From: an uncultured Candidatus Binatia bacterium
Lineage (GTDB): Bacteria; Desulfobacterota; Binatia; Bin18
NCBI GenBank assembly: GCA_965214605.1
Contig: OZ243961.1
Location: 2,688,001-2,752,000 of the forward strand
DNA length: 64,000 bases
Direction of reading: 5' to 3'
Part shown: positions 1 to 8,931 of the stretch, one piece after another
Layout: every line of letters begins with the position of its first letter
Numbering within the stretch: the first letter of the stretch is position 1
Made by a program: the position numbers and the translations under genes
The notes under the pieces: generated by a model
What the model saw: the letters and a program-made list of their open reading frames with translations, nothing else
Told to the model about the DNA's origin: nothing
The model's database searches: none

Positions 1-917
1 TGGCGGACCACGTCTTTTTCGGTGAAAAAGGTAAACTCAATACCGTCGATATTATGCAGAATAGCGCGCGCCTCTTTGAGGCCGGAGCGGGTGCCGGGCG
101 GCAGATCGATTTGGGTGACGTCACCGGTGATGACCGCCTTTGAGCCGTACCCGAGGCGGGTGAGAAACATTTTCATTTGCTCACTCGTTGTGTTTTGGGC
201 CTCGTCTAAGATGACAAAAGAGTCGTTAAGCGTCCGTCCCCGCATGAACGCCAGTGGAGCGACCTCAATTGTGCCGCGTTCAATCATTTTCTGGGCCCGG
301 TCAAAATCGACCATATCGTACAGGGCGTCGTATAGAGGGCGCAGATAGGGGTTAATCTTTTCGGCTAGGTCGCCGGGCAGAAAGCCGAGTTTTTCGCCGG
401 CTTCGACCGCCGGGCGGGTGAGCACTACCCGGCTTACTTTCTGCTTCATGAGTTCTGCGACCGCCACGGCCATCCCCAAATAGGTCTTTCCGGTTCCCGC
501 CGGACCGATACCGAACACGATGTCATGCTTGCGGATGGCGTCGATATAGGACTTTTGGGCCAGACTTTTGGGCGTGATCGTGCGGCGTTTGGACGAGATA
601 TAGACAGTATCAAGAAAGATGTCACGCAGCCTAGCTGAGCGGTTGCGGCTTAGAATACGAATAGCGTAGTCAACGTCGCTGGGATAAACGGGATAGCCGC
701 TTTTAATCAAGCCGTACAGTTGGGTCGCAACCCGGCTGGCGAGATCGCGCTGGTAGTCCTCACCGACAATGGTCAGCCCGGAACCTGCGGCCGAGATTTT
801 GACCCCGAGCGCTTTTTCGATCCCGCGCAAATGCGCGTCGTGGTTCCCCAGCAGATCGCGGAAGAAACGAGGGTTGTCAAACTCCAGTTGGGACGTGTCT
901 TGGAGGTGTTGCTCCAT
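1..917 (-). CDS. phoH: PhoH-family ATPase (3' end runs off window)
   Basis: Not in ORF track. Manual translation from ATG 917 gives MEQHLQDTSQLEF...FGIGPAGTGKTYL...LTRPAVEAGEKLGFLPGDL...FMRGRTLN...ILDEAQN...TGDVTQIDL...KDVVRH. Confidence 0.95.
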   Translation of the reverse strand, partial: MEQHLQDTSQLEFDNPRFFRDLLGNHDAHLRGIEKALGVKISAAGSGLTIVGEDYQRDLASRVATQLYGLIKSGYPVYPSDVDYAIRILSRNRSARLRDIFLDTVYISSKRRTITPKSLAQKSYIDAIRKHDIVFGIGPAGTGKTYLGMAVAVAELMKQKVSRVVLTRPAVEAGEKLGFLPGDLAEKINPYLRPLYDALYDMVDFDRAQKMIERGTIEVAPLAFMRGRTLNDSFVILDEAQNTTSEQMKMFLTRLGYGSKAVITGDVTQIDLPPGTRSGLKEARAILHNIDGIEFTFFTEKDVVR

Positions 918-939
918 ATAGCTCCGGGCGGTTCCTGTC

Positions 940-3576
940 TCAGGAACCGTGCTCAATCAGCTCATACACCTTTTGCAGCGCTTCATCCAGCCGGGCGGGA
1001 TCTTTGCCGCCGGCCTGGGCAAAGTCTGGACGACCGCCCCCTCCGCCCCCAACGAGCGGGGCGAGCTGTGCCATCAGCTCCCCGGCCCGATACCGCTCGG
1101 TAATATCTTTGCTGACTGCGGCCAGCAGGCTGACCCGAGCGCCTTTGACCAACCCCAGGACGACCACCCCTGGCTGGAGTTTGTCCCGCAGCCGGTCGGC
1201 CATCTCCCGCAGGCCGGCGGCATCGACGCCCTCAACCCGGGTGGCAAGGACGTTGATGCCGTGCAGCTGTCGAGCAGCGGTGAGGAGTGCATCACTCTGT
1301 GAGCCGGCGACCTGGCTTTGCAACTCGGCTAGCTGCTTTTCCAGAGCGCGCTGTTGGGCTAAGAGGCGTTCTATCTTGTTGGTAACTTCTTCTTCTGCGC
1401 CTTTGACCAGCGTGCCAACCTCTTTGAGCAGCTGCTCTTTGTGGCGTACCCAGTCAAGGGCGCTGCCCCCTGTCGTGGCTTCGATGCGCCGCACCCCAGA
1501 GGCCACGCCACTCTCTGCTTTGAGCTTAAACAGGCCGATATCGCCGGTTCGGCTGACATGGGTCCCACCGCACAGCTCGGTTGAGAAGTTGCCCATCCGC
1601 ACCACGCGGACGCGCTCGCCGTACTTTTCGCCAAAAAAGGCGAGGGCGCCGCTTTTGAGAGCCTCATTGAGGGACATTTCGGCGCTGCTGACCTGGGCAT
1701 TTTCACGAATATGGGTATTGACCAGGGTCTCGATGTGCTCCAGCCTGTCCAGTTTGACCGGGTTGGTATGGGTAAAGTCAAAACGCAGGCGGTCCGGCGT
1801 CACTAGGGAGCCGGCTTGGCGGACATGGCTGCCTAAGACGTCTCTGAGGGCGGCGTGCATCACGTGCGTCGCCGAGTGATTGAGCCGGGTCGCTTCGCGC
1901 CGGGCGGCGTCGGGCAGCAGATGGACCCGGTCTCCGGTTTGAATCGATCCGTGCCTGACCCGGCCGCGATGGATTGTCAACAGCGGCTGGGGTTTCTGGG
2001 TATCGACAATCTGGACCCGATCCCCTCTGTCGGTCTCCAGCCTGCCGGTATCCCCCACTTGGCCGCCAGATTCTCCGTAGAAAGGCGTCTCTGCGGTGAT
2101 AATCTCGACCTCTTCGCCCTCGGTGACAGAACCGCTCCGTGCTTCTCCGTTGACCAGAATGGCTAGGATTTCCGATTCCCACTCGGTAATCCGATCGCCA
2201 ACAAAACGTGACTGCAGATCGGTCAGACCGGGGTTGAGAGAGACGAGGTCTTTTTGGCCCTCACGGGCGCGGTGGCGTTGCTGTTCCATGGCCCGCTCAA
2301 AACCGGCCCGGTCAACCTGAAACCCCTCGGACGCCAGGAAGTCTTCAGTCAGGTCAAGTGGGAAGCCATAGGTATCATACAGCCGAAAGGCAATCTCTCC
2401 GGACAAGCGTGCGGTCGTGCCGCTTCGCAAACTGCCGATCTCTTGCTCTAGTAGGACCAAGCCTCTGCCCAGGGTGTCTGAAAAGCGCTCTTCTTCGGTT
2501 CGAAGGACCTCACTCATATAGTCTTTGCGCTCGTTGAGTTCGGGGTAGGCCGAGCCCATCAGATCGGCCACACTCTCGGCAACGCGCCAGAAGAAGGGGT
2601 GCGTAAAGCCGATCAAGCGCCCGTGGCGTAGCGCCCGGCGTACGATCCGACGCAACACATAGCCCCGGCCGTCGTTGGTCGGCACGACGCCGTCGGCAAT
2701 CGCCAGGGCGGCGGCCCGGGCATGATCGGCAATCACGCGGAACGAGATGTCACTGTCTGGCCCACTGCCGTAGCGGGTCGTAGTCAGCGCTTCGGTGGCG
2801 CGGATGATGTCGCGCAGCAGATCGGAGTCATAATTGCTCGGGACGTCTTGGAGAACGGCGGCGATGCGTTCCAACCCCATGCCGGTGTCCACATGTGTTG
2901 CCGGTAAGTCGTCGAGCGAGGTGTCCGGGTTGCGGTTGTACTGAATAAACACCAAGTTCCATAGTTCAATGAAGCGGGGGCAGTCGGCGTTGACTCCGCA
3001 CGTGTGGCCCGGCGTGCTCGCGAGGTCACACGAACCCGGCCCCCGGTCGATGTGAATCTCAGAGCACGGGCCGCAGGGACCGGTTTCGCCCATCTCCCAA
3101 AAATTGTCCTTTTCCCCAAAGCGCAAAATCTGCTCCGGGTTGATAGCGGTCTTGGTCCGCCACAGCTCGTCGGCTTCATCGTCGGTCGTATACACGCTCG
3201 CCCACAGGTGGTTCGGGGGCAGCTTCCACACCTCGGTCAGCAGTTCCCAGGCCCATCCGATGGCTTCTGCCTTGTAATAATCGCCAAACGACCAGTTGCC
3301 CAGCATTTCAAAGAAGGTGTGATGATAGGTATCCCGGCCCACTTCTTCCAAGTCGTTGTGTTTACCCGATACCCGCAGACATTTCTGGGAATCAACCACC
3401 CGGGAGTGGGTCGGCTGTTCAAGCCCCAGAAAAATATTCTTGAACGGCACCATGCCCGCGTTGGTGAACAGGAGTGTCGGATCGCTGGCTGGAATGAGGG
3501 ACGCGCTGGGCACGACGCGATGGCCCCGGTCAGCAAAAAAACGCAGAAAACTGTCTCGAATTTCGTTTCCGGTCAT
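940..3576 (-). CDS. alaS: Alanine--tRNA ligase
   Basis: DPTLLFTNAGM, HHTFFEMLGNWSFGDY, HSATH and ELCGGTHV editing motifs, C-terminal GGGGGRPDFAQAGG. Confidence 0.99.
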   Translation of the reverse strand: MTGNEIRDSFLRFFADRGHRVVPSASLIPASDPTLLFTNAGMVPFKNIFLGLEQPTHSRVVDSQKCLRVSGKHNDLEEVGRDTYHHTFFEMLGNWSFGDYYKAEAIGWAWELLTEVWKLPPNHLWASVYTTDDEADELWRTKTAINPEQILRFGEKDNFWEMGETGPCGPCSEIHIDRGPGSCDLASTPGHTCGVNADCPRFIELWNLVFIQYNRNPDTSLDDLPATHVDTGMGLERIAAVLQDVPSNYDSDLLRDIIRATEALTTTRYGSGPDSDISFRVIADHARAAALAIADGVVPTNDGRGYVLRRIVRRALRHGRLIGFTHPFFWRVAESVADLMGSAYPELNERKDYMSEVLRTEEERFSDTLGRGLVLLEQEIGSLRSGTTARLSGEIAFRLYDTYGFPLDLTEDFLASEGFQVDRAGFERAMEQQRHRAREGQKDLVSLNPGLTDLQSRFVGDRITEWESEILAILVNGEARSGSVTEGEEVEIITAETPFYGESGGQVGDTGRLETDRGDRVQIVDTQKPQPLLTIHRGRVRHGSIQTGDRVHLLPDAARREATRLNHSATHVMHAALRDVLGSHVRQAGSLVTPDRLRFDFTHTNPVKLDRLEHIETLVNTHIRENAQVSSAEMSLNEALKSGALAFFGEKYGERVRVVRMGNFSTELCGGTHVSRTGDIGLFKLKAESGVASGVRRIEATTGGSALDWVRHKEQLLKEVGTLVKGAEEEVTNKIERLLAQQRALEKQLAELQSQVAGSQSDALLTAARQLHGINVLATRVEGVDAAGLREMADRLRDKLQPGVVVLGLVKGARVSLLAAVSKDITERYRAGELMAQLAPLVGGGGGGRPDFAQAGGKDPARLDEALQKVYELIEHGS

Positions 3577-3674
3577 GGCTCGTCTTCTTTCGGCCGCTGT
3601 TGTGGAAAGCGATCGCTCATCTTTTCAGCTCATGAGGATTGCTCATCACCGTTCTTGTCGTACGCCACCAAAAG

Positions 3675-3718
3675 GTGGTCGATGATGATCACCGAGGCTA
3701 CATGAGATCATCGGTCCC
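3675..3718 (-). repeat. Degenerate copy of dispersed ~44-bp palindromic element, spanning the recX stop
   Basis: Minus strand GGGACCGATGA-N22-TCATCGACCAC; each arm 9/11 to GTGAACGATGA / TCATCGTTCAC. Confidence 0.45.
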
Positions 3719-4237
3719 CTTTTCGTCCTGGGGCGGACTGCCCAACAGCTGTTCGGCAAACTCGCACGAATATCCCCGCCGCACCAGCAGGCGATACGCC
3801 CGGGCATAGGTCTGCGCTTGTTGTAGCCCGTCCGCAGGAAAGCGGCTAGACAGCAGCCTGCGGGCGGCGTCGAGGTCGAGGCCTGGTTGTCGGGCTGCAA
3901 GCGTTTGCGCAATCAGGGCGGAATCAAGATGGTGGCGGAGGAGTTTTTGCCGGATGGCGGCCGGGCCAAAGCCACGTGCCTGAAAGTGCTGGGTGAGCTC
4001 CGCGGCCAGGCGGGCATCGTTGAGATAGCCCTGGCGGGTGAGGCGGTCGACCGTTTGTACCACCGCGCGTGGGCTGAAGTGGCAGGGAGGAGCTCGGCCG
4101 GTCTGTGAGAGGGTTTGTACCACCGCGCGTGGGCTGAAGCCTTTGGTACGCATCTTTGCCGCTAAGCCGGGCGCACTATAGGCTCGTTGTCCCAGCAGAC
4201 GATAGGCGTAGTCGAGAGCGGTCAGAGTGCCAGTCAT
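3698..4237 (-). CDS. recX: Regulatory protein RecX with a 20-aa in-frame duplication-insertion
   Basis: AYRLLGQRAYS, GYLNDARLA, GPAAIRQKL, LVRRGYS; upstream of alaS. FSPRAVVQT occurs twice. Confidence 0.9.
   Translation of the reverse strand: MTGTLTALDYAYRLLGQRAYSAPGLAAKMRTKGFSPRAVVQTLSQTGRAPPCHFSPRAVVQTVDRLTRQGYLNDARLAAELTQHFQARGFGPAAIRQKLLRHHLDSALIAQTLAARQPGLDLDAARRLLSSRFPADGLQQAQTYARAYRLLVRRGYSCEFAEQLLGSPPQDEKGTDDLM
4053..4139. repeat. Repeat-spacer-repeat unit: 27-bp identical direct repeats around a 33-bp unique insert
   Basis: GTTTGTACCACCGCGCGTGGGCTGAAG at 4053-4079 and 4113-4139; insert 4080-4112; period 60. Confidence 0.95.
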
Positions 4238-4239
4238 GG

Positions 4240-5373
4240 TTATTTACGAAGACGCCGACGCTGTGTTCCAGTCGCCGAATCGTAGTCGATATAATCGCGC
4301 GGCGAAAAATATTCCCGCGCTCCCCGGGTGGCTAAATCTTGCAGCACGGAGTCGGCCAAGACCAGGGCGACCATGGCTTCGGCAATTGGGACGCCCCGAA
4401 TTGCCACGCACGGATCGTGTCGCCCGCGCGTGGCAACCGTGCGTGGCCGAAAGTTCACATCAATCGTGTTTTTGTCCTGGGGGATAGACGAAGTGGGTTT
4501 GACGACCAACCGCACGACGATCGGCGCGCCAGAGGAAATGCCGCCCAGCGTCCCGCCATGGTTATTGGTGACAAATCCCGTTGGGGATAATGCGTCGTTC
4601 ATCTGGCTCCCGCGCATGGCGGCAGCGGCAAATCCAGCCCCAAATTCGACCCCCTTGACCGCCGGGATGGACATTAGGGCTGTGGCAAGCTCAGCGTCGA
4701 GTTTGCCAAAAACCGGCTCGCCCAGCCCCGGCGGAACGCCTTCGGCCATGACCTCGATTATGCCCCCCACAGAATCCCGCTCTTTTCTGGCCTGTTCGAC
4801 CTCGGCGCGCATGGCAGCCACACTGTCCGGGTCAAGGCTGCGCAGCTCATTGTCTTCGACCGCGTCCCAAATACGGCTGTTGGCCCGCACCTTTCCGACC
4901 TGAATGACGCCGCCCCTAATGCGAATCCCGAAATGCGCCAGCAGCTGCTTGGCTAGGGCACCGGCAAACACCCGCCCCACGGATTCTCTGACCGAAGCCC
5001 TACCACCCCCGCGATGGTCCCGGTGGCCATACTTGGCAAAATAGGTAAAGTCGGCGTGTCCGGGGCGGAACAGCTGGGCGAGTTCGTCATAGTCTTTGGA
5101 GCGCATATCGGTGTTGAAGACCATGGCCATCAGCGGGGTCCCGGTGGTCTTGCCCGCAAACACGCCCGAGAAGATCTCAATCTTGTCCCCCTCTTTGCGT
5201 TGGGTCACCAGTTTTGATTGCCCAGGACGGCGACGGTCCATCTCGTGTTGAATGGCTTCGAGGTCAAGCGCAAAGTCGGCCGGAAAACCATCCACAACAA
5301 CGCCAACGCCTCTCCCGTGGCTCTCACCAAAGGTCGTCACGCGTAATACGGTTCCAAACGTGTTCCCTGGCAT
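4240..5373 (-). CDS. aroC: Chorismate synthase
   Basis: TTFGESHG, RPGHAD, GGGRAS-RE, NNHGGTLGGISSG, GRHDPCV. Confidence 0.98.
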   Translation of the reverse strand: MPGNTFGTVLRVTTFGESHGRGVGVVVDGFPADFALDLEAIQHEMDRRRPGQSKLVTQRKEGDKIEIFSGVFAGKTTGTPLMAMVFNTDMRSKDYDELAQLFRPGHADFTYFAKYGHRDHRGGGRASVRESVGRVFAGALAKQLLAHFGIRIRGGVIQVGKVRANSRIWDAVEDNELRSLDPDSVAAMRAEVEQARKERDSVGGIIEVMAEGVPPGLGEPVFGKLDAELATALMSIPAVKGVEFGAGFAAAAMRGSQMNDALSPTGFVTNNHGGTLGGISSGAPIVVRLVVKPTSSIPQDKNTIDVNFRPRTVATRGRHDPCVAIRGVPIAEAMVALVLADSVLQDLATRGAREYFSPRDYIDYDSATGTQRRRLRK

Positions 5374-5416
5374 GTGTTTCCTGACTCATTTGGTATCTTG
5401 AGAATAGGCGAAACAA

Positions 5417-6580
5417 TCACACGACCTCATCCTCTCGTAGACTGCGGATATCGGCTGTGCTCAACCCCAGCTCGCCCAAAATCTCATCGGTCTGTTGACC
5501 TTTCTCTGGGGTGGGAGTCCTGACTCCACCAGGAGTGCGGCTGAGGGTGACGGGCAGGCCGAGGACATGAATTTCACCGAGGTGGGGATGGGAAACCGGG
5601 GTGGCCAAGCCCAGGTGTTGGACCTGTTCGTTGGCAAAGACTTGGTCAATCGACAAAATAGGGCCGCTTGGCACCCCCGCGTTGTTGAGCGCGGCAATCC
5701 ATTCGGCGGCGGTTTTGCGGGCAAGTCGGTGTTCTATTTCACGGCTTAACTCGTCACGGTTGCGCGAGCGTCTGCCCGGTGAGGCAAAACGCGGGTCGTC
5801 GTACAGCTCATCGGCTTCAAGCACGTGACACAAGCGTTTCCACATATGCTGGCCCCCCGAGGCGATATTGATATGGCCGTCTTTGACCCTGAAGCTTCCG
5901 GTCGGGATACTGGTCGGGTGGTTGTTACCGGCTTGGGGCGGAACTTCCTGACCGATCAGCCAACGTGTGGCCTGAAAGTCGAGCATGGAGACCATGGCTT
6001 CGAGCAGCGAGGTCTGGATCCACTGTCCTTCGCCCGAGCGTTCGCGTTCGAGCAGGGCGACTAAAATTCCTTGGGCAGCGAGCAGGCCAGCGCTCAGGTC
6101 TGCAACCGGGATGCCGACCCGCCACGGTCCGCTGCCCGGCTGCCCGGTGATGCTCATCAGGCCGCCCATGCCTTGGGCAATTTGGTCGTAGCCAGGCCGG
6201 TCTTTATACGGCCCTGTCTGGCCAAAGCCGGAGATGCTGGCGTAGACCAGGCGTGGGTTGAGGGGTTTAAGCGACTCATAGGAGATGCCGAGACGGTTTT
6301 TCACGTCGGGTCGATAGTTTTCGACCAGCACGTCTGCCCTACACACCAGCCTTTTGAGAATGTCTTTGCCGCGCTCGTCTTTGAGATTGAGGACCAGACT
6401 GCGCTTGTTGCGGTGGAGATTCTGAAAATCAAAATGGTGCCGGCTGGTGCCTTCCTCATCGTTAGGCTGCTCAACTTTGATAACCTGGGCACCCATATCG
6501 GCCAGCTGGCGGACACAGGTTGGGCCGGAGCGGGCGCGGGTGAGATCAATCACACTGATATGTTCAAGGGGGAGTGCCAT
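5417..6580 (-). CDS. CaiB/BaiF class III CoA-transferase
   Basis: LADMGAQVIKVE, RNKRSLVLNLK, ADVLVENYRP, ASISGFGQTGP, GYD. Confidence 0.95.
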   Translation of the reverse strand: MALPLEHISVIDLTRARSGPTCVRQLADMGAQVIKVEQPNDEEGTSRHHFDFQNLHRNKRSLVLNLKDERGKDILKRLVCRADVLVENYRPDVKNRLGISYESLKPLNPRLVYASISGFGQTGPYKDRPGYDQIAQGMGGLMSITGQPGSGPWRVGIPVADLSAGLLAAQGILVALLERERSGEGQWIQTSLLEAMVSMLDFQATRWLIGQEVPPQAGNNHPTSIPTGSFRVKDGHINIASGGQHMWKRLCHVLEADELYDDPRFASPGRRSRNRDELSREIEHRLARKTAAEWIAALNNAGVPSGPILSIDQVFANEQVQHLGLATPVSHPHLGEIHVLGLPVTLSRTPGGVRTPTPEKGQQTDEILGELGLSTADIRSLREDEVV

Positions 6581-6794
6581 GGCTGTGGTTCCTTTTTGCT
6601 GCCCTCATCCATACCGCATACTGAAGGGGCTTGTCTAATATTTTGAGATTACGCCAAAATCCAATTTCACGTTCCAGTCCTGAACCGACGCATCCCAGGG
6701 AAACCGCAGAAACCGGATCTCTCCGAGCCTTCCCCCGCTCTCTCTGAAAAGTTCGCCTCATGACATTTCGATAGGCTGACCGCACGTAGCCCGC

Positions 6795-6812
6795 CTCTCA
6801 GAGCTCTGAGAG
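6795..6812. promoter_or_regulatory. Perfect 18-bp palindrome in divergent intergenic region, possible operator
   Basis: CTCTCAGAGCTCTGAGAG is its own reverse complement; function is inference. Confidence 0.35.
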
Positions 6813-6846
6813 CTTGATCCTCGGGGTATCTGAGAAGGGAACTACA

Positions 6847-7191
6847 GGCTCTGTCCCACCCAAAAGAAAGTCAAGTAGATTGTATGCTCTTTTGGTTTAG
6901 GATGCGCCGCTGGCTGCCCCTCTTCTTCCCGGGCGCATGGAGAATCATCGTTTATATGAGCGCATGGCTAATCCACAAACAGCTTCTTCCTGGGCGCATG
7001 GAGAATCATCGCTTTGATGAAATTGTTTATTCCTCTGAGCTTACTCGTCAAGCCGGCTCCGCCAAAGCGAATGAGTCACGTCAAACCTTGAGGGGAGCCA
7101 GGCGGTCCATTTGCTGAGAAACCTCTGCCTCCGAAAGGGGATGGCCCCATCCATCTTAGCATGTTCTTTGACAACGAATTTGACAGCAGCC
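6847..7191. mobile_element. Possible non-autonomous IS/MITE remnant
   Basis: Imperfect inverted ends GGCTCTGTC (6847) and GACAGCAGCC (7182-7191); no transposase visible. Confidence 0.2.
6922..7011. repeat. Repeat-spacer-repeat unit: 29-bp direct repeats (1 mismatch) around a 32-bp unique insert, CRISPR-like geometry
   Basis: CTTCTTCCYGGGCGCATGGAGAATCATCG at 6922-6950 and 6983-7011; insert TTTATATGAGCGCATGGCTAATCCACAAACAG; period 61. Confidence 0.93.
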
Positions 7192-7290
7192 CCCTTAAGA
7201 ATATCCAGCCAGATCCGGTTTGGCTGGACAACACCAGTGCATATATGCCATGTAGGGCCACAGGCAGAGATCTCAGTAAGGAGGATAGCC

Positions 7291-8805
7291 ATGACACTCC
7301 GCAAGCCAACCAGAGATGATCTAGAGCGTTTGGCCGAGGCGCATTATTTTGAACTGAGTGACGAAGAGCTTGAGGCTTTCCAGAACATGCTGCCCGCCAT
7401 GTTTGCGTCTCTAGACGAGCTAGACCAGAAGCCGTCCAATCTGCCGCCGGTCGTTTACCGGGACCGCGCCCCTGGGGGGCGGCCAAACCGACAGGACGAC
7501 CCACTAAACGCCATTGTGCGGCGCTGTTCGGTCAAAGGGGCGTCGTCGGGCAAGCTGGCTGGGAAACGGCTGGGAATCAAAGACAATGTGTGCATTGCCG
7601 GGCTGCCCATGACCTGCGCTTCCCTCGTCCTAGACGGCTATGTGCCGGATATCGACGCGACGATCATCACCCGGATGCTTGACGCCGGAGGGGAGGTGAC
7701 GGCTATCCTCAATATGGACAACTTCGCGTTCTCCGGCGGCGGCCATACCAGCGCCTACGGACCTACCCGCAACCCACATAACCCTAAACACAGCGCCGGT
7801 GGGTCTTCAGGGGGCTCTGGGGCTGCCCTGTCATACGATGACATCGACATGACGATTGGCGGTGACCAGGGCGGCTCCATACGTATCCCGGCCTCGTGGT
7901 GCGGGGTGGTCGGTCATAAGCCGACCCACAGCCTGGTCCCCTACACCGGTATTGTCGGCATTGACCCGACCTTTGACCATGCGGGGCCGATGACTAACAC
8001 GGTGGCCGATGCTGCCCTGCTGCTAGAGGTCATTGCCGGCAAGGACCCGTTGGACCCACGCCAGTACGAGGTGCCGGTCCACCCCTACACCCAGGAGCTG
8101 GACAAAGATATCGGTGGGCTGCGCCTGGGCGTGGTTCGTGAGGGGTTCGGCATGCCGGGATCTCAGCGGGGGGTAGATGCCAAAGTCCGTGAAGCGGTCA
8201 GCGCGCTGGGTGAGTTGGGGGCGGAGGTGCAAGAGGTTTCTATTCCGGCTCACCTTGAGGCGGGTGGCATTACCTGGGCGCTCATTGCGGAAGGCATGGC
8301 GGCCTTGGCCTATGGCAACGGGGTCGGCCATCATTGGAAGGGGCTCTACAACGAGAGCTTTGTCAACACGTTCGGCAAGTCCCTCCAGGCCCAGGCCCAA
8401 GATCTGCCTATTCAGGTGAAGCTGGTGGTGGTACTTGGCTCATATTTGAACACGGCCTACCATGGACGTCTGTACGCCAAGGCCCAGAACCAGCGCCGGG
8501 CGCTACGGGCGGCCTATGACAGTGTGTTGGAGCGGTGTGATGTGTTGGTCATGCCTACCACGCCGATGGTTGCCCAGCGGCATGAGCCCGCGCAGTCCGT
8601 CCAGCAGAATCTAAATTTTGGCTGGACCATGTTGGCCAATACCGCGCCGTTTGACATGACCGGCCATCCGTCGCTGAGCCTACCGTGTGGCAAGTCGGAG
8701 GGGCTGCCGGTTGGCTTGATGCTGACCGGCCGCCATTTTGAGGACGGTACGCTGCTGCGGGTGGGACACGTGTTTGAGCAGCAGATGGCTTGGCAGGCGC
8801 GCTAG
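7291..8805 (+). CDS. Amidase signature family enzyme
   Basis: ATG 7291 after AAGGAGG; GIKDN Lys, SAGGSSGGSGA, GGDQGGSIRIPASWCG. Confidence 0.96.
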   Translation: MTLRKPTRDDLERLAEAHYFELSDEELEAFQNMLPAMFASLDELDQKPSNLPPVVYRDRAPGGRPNRQDDPLNAIVRRCSVKGASSGKLAGKRLGIKDNVCIAGLPMTCASLVLDGYVPDIDATIITRMLDAGGEVTAILNMDNFAFSGGGHTSAYGPTRNPHNPKHSAGGSSGGSGAALSYDDIDMTIGGDQGGSIRIPASWCGVVGHKPTHSLVPYTGIVGIDPTFDHAGPMTNTVADAALLLEVIAGKDPLDPRQYEVPVHPYTQELDKDIGGLRLGVVREGFGMPGSQRGVDAKVREAVSALGELGAEVQEVSIPAHLEAGGITWALIAEGMAALAYGNGVGHHWKGLYNESFVNTFGKSLQAQAQDLPIQVKLVVVLGSYLNTAYHGRLYAKAQNQRRALRAAYDSVLERCDVLVMPTTPMVAQRHEPAQSVQQNLNFGWTMLANTAPFDMTGHPSLSLPCGKSEGLPVGLMLTGRHFEDGTLLRVGHVFEQQMAWQAR

Positions 8806-8809
8806 AGGC

Positions 8810-8837
8810 CGTTCCCTCGCTCTGGAGGGAGGGAACG
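8810..8837. terminator. Hairpin between convergent genes
   Basis: CGTTCCCTC / GAGGGAACG 9-bp stem right after the amidase stop; no U-tract. Confidence 0.4.
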
Positions 8838-8931
8838 CTGCACTGTCGACCTTGGCTCCTTCCTCGAACCGCCCGTTTACCGCGGGGCTCAGACCATGGC
8901 CGGGGCGGTCCATGTATTTGCAATCCGTTAA

